A stretch of DNA of 64,000 bases, taken from assembly GCA_044892525.1 (NCBI GenBank), contig CM097885.1, positions 24,864,001 to 24,928,000 on the forward strand, written 5' to 3'. Both the position numbers and the translations under genes were made by a program. This document shows positions 55,629-64,000 of this stretch, one piece after another. The DNA is from Schmidtea polychroa. Its lineage: Eukaryota. The notes beneath the pieces are model-generated. The model was not told where the DNA came from, made no database searches, and saw nothing but the letters and a program-made list of their open reading frames with translations. Position 1 is the first letter of the stretch, and each line of letters opens with the position of its first letter.

Positions 55629-55959
55629 TAAGTCAACATTTTCAAATAAATTTATTTCAATCAAAAAATTCTAAAATTTTGTCTTTGTGAAAAAGAAGAA
55701 CCCACATAATACCCATTGGTATAATTATTAGCACTAATACTACTGGAAGAAAATGAAATTATAAAAGGTTGCGATTAATTTTTCGTGGAGGCAAAATATT
55801 TGTAACTTTTCCTTATTATATTCGCGAATTTTCGGCACGGGTTTTAACTAGTGATTTGGATGTTATCAATAAAGAAAGGCTGTGTCGAAAATTTGTCAAT
55901 ATCAATAAAACATCGATTTACCAGATTATAAAACAGTTATGCAAGAGAGGTTACAATAA

Positions 55960-56169
55960 GTGTGGACTCAAGTAGGACTCAAAATCAAATATAATCAAGA
56001 AAGTCACAATGAGCAGTATGATAAACGAGCACATGAACATGGTATAGAAGTTGGAAACTTGGTATATTTAAATAACCCCGAACCAACAAAAGGGCTATCA
56101 ACAAAACTACGAAAACCTTTTAAAGTACTATATATTCTATTTGATGCGACCTTAAATTATGACCGCTGA
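55960..56169 (+). pseudogene. LTR-retrotransposon integrase C-terminal remnant
   Basis: YDKRAHEHGIEVGNLVYLNNP...GLSTKLRKPFK resembles a Gypsy integrase tail. Confidence 0.55.
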
Positions 56170-57602
56170 ATGATGAAAGCCTGAAACAATTGTGGTGCAT
56201 GGTAATCATTGTAATCATCAATCAGATATCCGTTAAGATCGAAACAAGACAAAGTGAATAATGAATTAAATGTTAAACAAAAATTTACAAAGAACCCCAT
56301 GCCATAAATTATATTAATAAAATACTGTTCATGACATTGTTAATATTCAACGTATTCTGGGTAAATGCAGCAAACAACATGCCATTGTATCCAAAAAAAG
56401 AAATTGCAGTGCTTGAAAAAAGTTATATATATTTTACCCTCGCTCAAATTGGTTGGGTATATAATTGCGAAGAGTCGAAATTGATAATCTTTTAAGCTAC
56501 TTTAAATCTCCAATAAAATGGAATTATCATCAAAATATTTTCATAGCGCGATATCTAACAATTTCGAATATCCCTGTGTAGTGCCTCTGACTAGCACTTT
56601 TATCAATTTAATAATTGAACTAAAAATATAATATTAATTTAATTAAATTAAAATAAAAAATTAAAAATAATTGTTTAAATAATCCTTTATTTTCACTATT
56701 TTTCAAAAATTATCATCAAATTCAATTTAAAAAAATCATCAAATTCAAACATGTCTAACGAAGTCACTGAAGTTGTTACTGAAGTTGAACAAGTTGAAGA
56801 AGTTGCAGAAGTTGAATCAACTGAAGCTGTTACCGAAGAAGTGAAGAATCATCAAATCGAGTCAAAATCAATGGATCAAATATGTCAGAAGTACAGGAAA
56901 CAGAAACCTTCGTCTTATTCACAATGATATCTCTGATGATGTTCAAGATTTTCAACAATTTTAATTACAATAAATTCTTTGTTCAAATTAATTGTATGTC
57001 TCTATACCCTGGCTATTGAAAGGATATATACCTCAAGAAAAATCCATATTTTTTGGAAATCCGAAAAAATCGCAACGGTTCAAAGTAATTCTGATACACT
57101 CAATTTGAGAAAAGCATTCATAAAATATTTTAATTTAAAATTAAATAAAACGTATAATATCGTTATTTATTATTACGAAAAGTTACTTCATGCAAATGGC
57201 ACTTTTACTAATGTTAGAAGAAGAGCGAACACTAAATTTTTGAGAGTGAGGTACTACATGATATTGAAAGATACATATAGGTAAATATACACATACCGAA
57301 CAAGGAGTGATTAGAGATCTTGATGATGATTCCATAACAGTATATAAAATTTTAACATTTTGATGTGATCTATTAACTTATTTATTTGTGAAATTAAGCT
57401 GTAATTATATTTTTTATTTTAATTGATGAGTATATCTTGATATTTGGTTCTCAGTAGTAACATATATTAAATTAAAATAAACCCACATACACAAATAACT
57501 AATTAACAAAAGTAGATGGATTGGGCACCGCTAAACCACCCTCCCCGGTTATAAATTTTTTTTCAAGGTCAAATTTTAAACAAAGACATGACTCATCAAG
57601 CT

Positions 57603-58245
57603 TGTAAAGAATAAGAATAATTGATAAATTCCAAAAACTTTTTAAGAAATTGTGTTACTATTTATAGTACCCGGCACTAACACAATTAGCAATAGCTTTT
57701 TCGGAAATAATAATCAGTGACATAATTTAAGGACCCAGACAATCAAAAATAATAAATCACACAATCAGGCATTACATAATATAGGGTACAGGTTAGGGAA
57801 ATGAAATATCCCATTATAATTACATCATATCCCCCACGTTTTAAATGGCTTTAGCCATTCCACATTTCTAGTAATGTATTTATTACAAGCATTCCTTAAT
57901 AAATAACTATTTTTATTATATTTTTCCATTATTTCAAAAGGTCCACAATACCTGTTATCTTGCTTGTTTCTGATATCTTCCTTGGCGTGTACCAATTCAT
58001 CGACTCTGAAAGATCTATGCATTCGATTTTCTTAATTATAATTATTTATACGGTTCAATGATTTAATATTTAATGCTATTTCATGCTTCTTTGATTCTTT
58101 AGTATCAATTTCGGGACCATTAGTAAACGCTCTTTGTAAAATTTCCTTCCATATATTACTTCAACAGGACTAAATTCTATACTTGACTACAAATTCTATT
58201 TGAGGCAATGCTTCTTCCCATGTCTTAAATTGTTGCTCTTCCAGA
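57603..58245 (-). mobile_element. Truncated Gypsy element: integrase 3' end, PPT and 3' LTR (57603-57824)
   Basis: Minus ORF ...RYCGPFEI...SYLL...ITRNVEWLKPFK is similar to the tail of pol at 3715-6069. It is followed by GGGGGA and a TGT...ACA LTR. Confidence 0.8.
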
Positions 58246-58249
58246 CAAC

Positions 58250-58501
58250 ATGACTAACATTATTGAACCCATAATTGTTGGTGATTCCAGTGTTCCTCTT
58301 TTGAAATCGGTATGGATTGGAAAATATGAACATGATGAAGTTGTCAATATAAATATCGATAATCCCATGTATTTACCAATAGCAAGTTTATGTATAAACA
58401 ATATAGAAATAAATATTCGTGAAAATAGTGAAAAACTAATAAACTTTCCAAAAGATTCAAAAACTCATTTGACATTACATTTTCGTAAATTGAATGGCTA
58501 A
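58250..58501 (+). pseudogene. Polinton minor capsid (penton-like) protein, C-terminal part
   Basis: TNIIEPIIVGDSSVPLL...NPMYLPI...IEINIR...INF...LTLHFRK is typical of the Polinton mCP. N-terminus lost at the Gypsy junction. Confidence 0.85.
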
Positions 58502-58856
58502 TTCTGATATTATTAGCATGTATAGCCAATCTGGTGGTGAATTACCATATTTTATTGGTAAACAGTACGGATCGGGATGGTTGAGAACAATTGGTAGATT
58601 TGCACTGCCTATTCTTAAACTTATTGGTAGTTTTGGTATGAAAACTGCAAAAGATGTGATTATGAATGAACAGAAAATATTACCATCCCTAAAATCAAAT
58701 GCTTTAGCTGAATTAGGGAAGGTTTTACCAGGGGTTGCGGGTATGTTTCAAAAAGAAAAAGCTCCAGCTCCAGCTCGTGCTCCAAAACGTAAAAGACATG
58801 GAATATCACGTATAAACAAACGAATAAAAGGACATGGAACTATATTTGCAAAATGA
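58494..58856 (+). CDS. Polinton small basic core/virion protein (PW-like)
   Basis: Intact 120-aa ORF between mCP and MCP with QSGG and QYGSG motifs, amphipathic RFALPILK and a basic tail. Confidence 0.75.
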   Translation: MANSDIISMYSQSGGELPYFIGKQYGSGWLRTIGRFALPILKLIGSFGMKTAKDVIMNEQKILPSLKSNALAELGKVLPGVAGMFQKEKAPAPARAPKRKRHGISRINKRIKGHGTIFAK

Positions 58857-60070
58857 TTTGTGGTAAATCCGAATTATGTATATTTGATAGACCATCACCC
58901 CAGACTGTAATAGAATTTGGGGCGTTTGAGGCGGTTTTTCCTATGAATTCAATTACCGATAGTAGAAATGATATAGAGTTTTATATTAATGGTTTGCAAA
59001 CTGAATATTTAGATTTGAACGATACTTTATTGACTGTTCAGATCAAGGTTGTAGATAAAGATAGAAAGGTTTTGGATGCCAATGCAGATGTAATACCGAA
59101 CAATTTCCTGTTTCATACTCTGTTTAAAGATGCAGTGTTGGGATTTAATAATATCAAGATTGAGGGTGGAAATAATACATTCATTCACAAAGCATTAATA
59201 GAAACTATTTTAAATTACAATTCCGATACTAAAAAATGTCTTACTCCTATGGGTTATGCGGCAACAGATGATGAAAGAAAAAAGTGGGTTAAAGGCTAAG
59301 GTTATCACCATGTGCTCATCATTACAACTCGATTTTATGGATCAACCGAAATATTTACTACCGGGAGCTAATGTACATATTAGACTGAAAATGTCGGATT
59401 CTGCATTATCTCTTACTAGTGCAACTGGTGCACCAATATGTCAATTAGTTGATGCAAAATTATTGGTGAGAAGAGTTCGAGTAGACTCCTCAGTATTAGC
59501 AAGTCATCAATTTGGTCTTAATTCAAAACATGCAATTTATCCATTAAAAACAAAGGAAATTGTACAATTCGCTATTGCTAAAGGTGCTTCATCATTCTAT
59601 AAAGAACAATTGTTTGGTGACAGAAGAATGCCTATCTCTATTCTGATAACATTTCAAAGTGAAACACAATATAATGGATCATATACTGCTTCCAGCTCAA
59701 TTTTCAAAAACTTTGGTGTTACATCATTGACTTTGTCGAAAAATACTGATTATATAGAAACATATATTCAAGGTTTCGAAAATGACAATTACTGTGCGAC
59801 ATATATGCAGACTATTGTTAGAAATCTGGGTTATTTAGATAAAAATTCGAATTGTGGAATAACTCTAGAAGAATTTAAAAGCAAATATCCAATTTTTACA
59901 TTTGTTTTTTTTTTGCCTTTGATTTAAATCAGAGTCAATTACCCCAAAATGGAAATTTACGACTGGATATTAAGTTTGCAAGAGCCATTATTGATCCTGT
60001 GCACGTTATTATATATGGAGTATTTGAAAATGAAGTTCAAATTACTTCAAATAGAACCGTGTTGGTATAA
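58853..60070 (+). pseudogene. Polinton major capsid protein (double jelly-roll), frameshifted
   Basis: KSELCIFDRPSPQT...IEFYI...YLDLNDTLL, QPKYLLPG, AIYPL and GNLRLDIKF...IIYGVFEN motifs. Frameshifts near 59290 and 59910. Confidence 0.9.
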
Positions 60071-60468
60071 ATGTATACAGAAATATAGAAAGTTTTCATG
60101 GAGCAAGTTGTTTTTATACTATTTATTCTGTTCAGGTTAATTGAATTGGAAAACAGATATTGGAAAATGAATTTGTAGGAGTTCTTCCTCTTGATAAAAT
60201 TCCTTATTTGAACAATAATCAAGCCATAATCGTCAATACTCAATTGTCTCATCTTGGTGGAGAACATTGGATAGCTATATCTGTGAAACCTGGTAATATA
60301 TTCGTGTTCGATCCTATGGGTTTTTATTACCCGGCTTTGTTGATATCAAAACTATAAACAATGGGGAAACCTATTGTGTATAATAAAACTATGTTTCAAA
60401 ATCCTTTGACCCAAACATGTGGTCAACATTCTTTAGCTTGGTTGTTGTATAAGAAAATTGATATTTAA
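60071..60468 (+). pseudogene. Polinton adenain-like cysteine maturation protease
   Basis: IIVNT...GEHWIAI...FDPMG...FQ...TCGQH catalytic motifs; premature TAA at 60355-60357. Confidence 0.88.
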
Positions 60469-60908
60469 TAAATGTATATTGTATCCTTTGTTGTTATTAA
60501 TTTTATTAATATTATTATTATTAATATTATTATTGTTATTAATATTATTATTATTTTAAATAAATATTATTATTTTTAATTAAGTTTATTATTCGGATAA
60601 ATATTATTATCCAAATAAAGGCATCACATGCCTGGAGCATGCAGAGTGCATGTTAACAAAGGCATGACTAACAAACGCAGTCACACGAAAATTTCAGTGT
60701 GATTAACAATGTATGCATGGATGTGTAGATGTAATATGATTGTGGAATAACTCTGAGAGAGGAAAATATTCAGTTTCAATGTGTGTGTCTAAATTCTGAT
60801 TGGCTGGGACAGGAAAAGTTTCATTCTCTTTATAAACATTCACAAATTCCATATTCGTCACAATTATTTTTAAATTTTACAAATCACAAAACTAATATTT
60901 TGAATGCC

Positions 60909-61197
60909 ATGTTGAATGGTGAAAATTTAATTTTATTTATTATTATTTTTAGTTTTATTTTCCTTTAGATAATTTATGTTATGAGGTGACAGAAGCTGAC
61001 AACGATAGTATTATTAATATTATCGAAGATGTCCCAATTATTATTAGCGAAGATGAATCAAGTAAATTATTTTTATTTATTTACTTGATTAACAAAAAAA
61101 TTTAGGTGATTGTGAAACCATTCAATATGTTGCTCCTATTAATATCGAGGACAATACTCCTAACATGGAATCAATGAGTAAAATTACTGTTGTTTGA
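60909..61197 (+). CDS. Putative small spliced acidic protein gene (possibly Polinton cargo or truncated)
   Basis: CTGATTGG (60797) and TATAAA (60831) upstream. Exons 60909-60918, 60969-61061 and 61106-61197 join in frame through short GT-AG introns: MLNDNLCYEVTEADNDSIINIIEDVPIIISEDESSDCETIQYVAP... Confidence 0.45.
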
Positions 61198-62549
61198 AGA
61201 ATTGTTTTGAAAGAAGTAAAATTATTCATTTGAGGGATAAATTATTATCCTGGTGCGGTTAAAATAATTTAAGCGAGTACAAAGTAGTGGTAGCTTACTT
61301 TCGTATTCTCTGGGTGCCCCAAAATAATTCCCACTTGCTTACCCGACTCTTTTATCGACTTTGCGGTCGTTGTGCTATACAGGAGCCATCAATCTCTTGC
61401 AGGCTGAGATAAACAGCAGGGATTAACAAATCCATTGTTTTATATCTGTACAATAGTAGTAAATTATTGTTTTGGAAATTGGTAAATAAAAGTTTCATAA
61501 AGAGAAAGGAGTTTGTTCTTTATTATTAATTCATACTTTAATATGAATTTATATATAAATAGTAAAAATATGAATTTATATTACTTTTATCATGGTAATT
61601 TAAATTTAAATTTATAATTTAGATTTAGAATTAAATTCTAGTTGTTTGCCGAAAAAGAGGACTCTACCAACGGCGTAACTTATTGGTCCCAGTTTCTGGT
61701 TCCAATATTTCCCCTTTGGCAGAGTTATTCATGACGACTAGAACTTCATATTAATAATTTTCATTTAGGTGTTATTTTAGTATATGTCCCACAGTTACTT
61801 CTTCGGAAATTATCCATGGATTTATATGACTATGCAAGATACCTCTATGCAAATGGATTTATATGACTATGAAATTTGCTACTTAGTTTACATAAATAAA
61901 TTGGTGAATCGGCTTTTAGTTGTATTTATTTGAATATGTCGATTTTGGTAACATTGTATGTATTGTGGTAGCAGCGACGAGGTTAGATTTATTTCTCATC
62001 AAATGTAATGGGCTTACTAGCATAATCTAATGGTACAACTGTTGTCCCTTATGGAAGTTTCTAGGGAAAACAAAGTTGGTACGTACCATGATGTAGCTTC
62101 AGAAGTAACGAAAGTGTTACTTGGTTACGGTGAATCAGTCGGTGATGGGTCAGCTTCTATGGAAAATGAAAATAGAGTTTCTTACGGTTCCTGATTGAAC
62201 TGCTATGATTGGTCTATGTGCATGAGGTGATGTTGGGGACTTATCATAGTTCCAATATTTTCCTGATGATTGAAAAAAAATTGCGGGGGGGGGGGCATAG
62301 TTACTAAAAATAGCTTTGTCCCCTTAGCAGCGATATTATTGGTAGATCATGGTTATGGGAGTTAAATTTAGAAGTAGGGCGACTTGGTGGAAAATAATGA
62401 ATATATAAAAAATGTTAAACAAAATAGATGTTGTACTTTAACCGATTTTACGATTTAAAAAATTTATAACTTAATAAATTTGTTAATATTAATAGTAGGG
62501 TTCACAATTTTGCAGGATTAACGGTTTATCATTCCTAGAAAAAAAACTA

Positions 62550-64000
62550 CCGGATAGTCTCGAATTTTTATAGATTTCAACGCGAAATAAAGAAATCGAA
62601 AGTAAGACCGGTCTTACTTTCGAGTGAAGAATGATACCCCAACCCTTGTTATGCCCTCGTTAAATCAATAAAAATGTGAGGAAATTAAGACATAAAAATA
62701 AAATTGTAAAACAAAATACACTTTAACAGAACATAAATAAAGGTAAAACATAAAATATGAATTCACAGTGTTTTTAATGAAACATGATTTCATTTTTATT
62801 CACCAAAATCAACATACTCCTTCTCTTCCGATAATTCTTCTTCCACAACAAAACCATCGTCTGCTTCCACACCTATCAATTTTTGTTTAAGATTGTTATT
62901 AAACAAATCCCCGTTATAGTCTTGATTAACCCCAAAAATGCCACAACAAACAAATGCCTTCTGTATACTCTCGGTCTTTATTTGATCAAACGATTCAGAT
63001 ACCCATTTGAATATAATTTCCCAACAGGGTTTCTGCCTGTATTCCATTTTAGTGAAATTTGCATCCCCATTTGCCATCCATTCCGACCATCTTTTTCTAT
63101 ATTCGTTTTTAAAAATAAAATTAATAACAACATCAAGAGGCTGTAAAAATGCAGTTGTTTTTTCCGGAATTTCAATTGTTTTCACATTAAGTCGAGTGAA
63201 AAGATCTGTAACTTCATTTCTTGTATGCGCACTAAACTTATCAAAAATAATTACAGCTTTCCTGTTTTGCCCAAAAATATTATCGCATGGAAATCAATTT
63301 TGGATCCACGTTTTCATTATTTCTGTTGTCATCGTTCCAGATTCAGATGTAATTACCATTAGATTTTTTGGAATAAAGCATTTGGGAACTTTACACAATT
63401 TTTTAAGAATCACAAGAGTTCTATGAAGTTTTTCATTGCTGAAATAAGTAGCACGACTGAAAAACGTGTTTCGCAGTGCCCAGTTCCCTTTGCTTCGACA
63501 TTTTTTTCACCTTTGGTAGTTATAGTCTTTGATGGCAAAGTATCTATATAAATGGGTGTTTCATCCATATTATAAATATTACTTTCATCATACATTTGGC
63601 AAATTTTCACTTTTTCTAAATGGTTTGTAATTATTTCCTTTATCTCGGAATGACTTCGATTATCCTGTTGTCCAATGCTTGTTATTTTACGATAGGATAG
63701 ATTGTTTCTTCTAAAGAAATTATGAACCCAACATTGACTTAATACAAGCGACAAATTGTTTGCAGTTATATATTCCATTGCTTTTTGTCTCAAAAGGTAC
63801 ACGGAAACTGCTCGTTTGAAAACCATCCTTTCGAATTTAACATATTCAACCAAAAGTTTTTCCAATTCTGGAAATTCGGCTTTTCTTCCACATCCCACTT
63901 TCTTTAGTACATTTTTCCTGGTTACGCTCAAAAGAGTATCCTTCTGGTATAACCAATCACGCAACATTTTGGATGTTATATTGTTTTCACGTGCCGTCTT
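62550..64000 (-). mobile_element. Second pogo copy (runs off the window), sister of 10524-12235
   Basis: Inverted near-identical sequence, TA-CCGGATAGTCTCGAA end, transposase ORFs 63410-63967 and 62796-63185 on the minus strand. Confidence 0.95.

Larger units (their letters stand above)
57511..60720 (+). mobile_element. Polinton/Maverick relic: TIR stub plus morphogenesis gene module
   Basis: The stub at 57511-57600 shares CAAGGTCAAATTTTAAACAAAGACAT..GACTCATCAAG with 23928-23966. It is followed by minor capsid, core protein, major capsid and adenain protease genes. Right boundary uncertain. Confidence 0.85.

Overview
Very AT-rich eukaryotic (metazoan) genomic DNA. The short ~45-60 nt introns and long (TAA)n tracts resemble a planarian flatworm, but this is inference only. 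It holds two spliced + strand host genes. One is the 3' part of an ELKS/ERC/CAST-family coiled-coil gene (808-41698, 22 exons seen). The other is a UBE2U-like gene (45563-55458) whose catalytic Cys appears to be replaced by Gly. Introns and flanks are packed with nested mobile DNA: a complete but defective Ty3/Gypsy element, piggyBac relics (one interrupted by a pogo), two sister pogo copies, hAT and Tc1/mariner relics, MITEs and solo LTRs. The most notable element is an 8.3 kb non-autonomous Polinton/Maverick (23835-32154) with a 6-bp TSD and ~2.1 kb TIRs. Each TIR carries an AAGGTCA/TGACTCA motif array and a GC-rich, strongly folding ~130 nt unit with Pol III A/B-box-like motifs and a T4 terminator (candidate VA-RNA-like gene). 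A related Polinton relic with the capsid/protease module lies at 57.5-60.5 kb. All calls were made by eye; no searches or folding programs were run.
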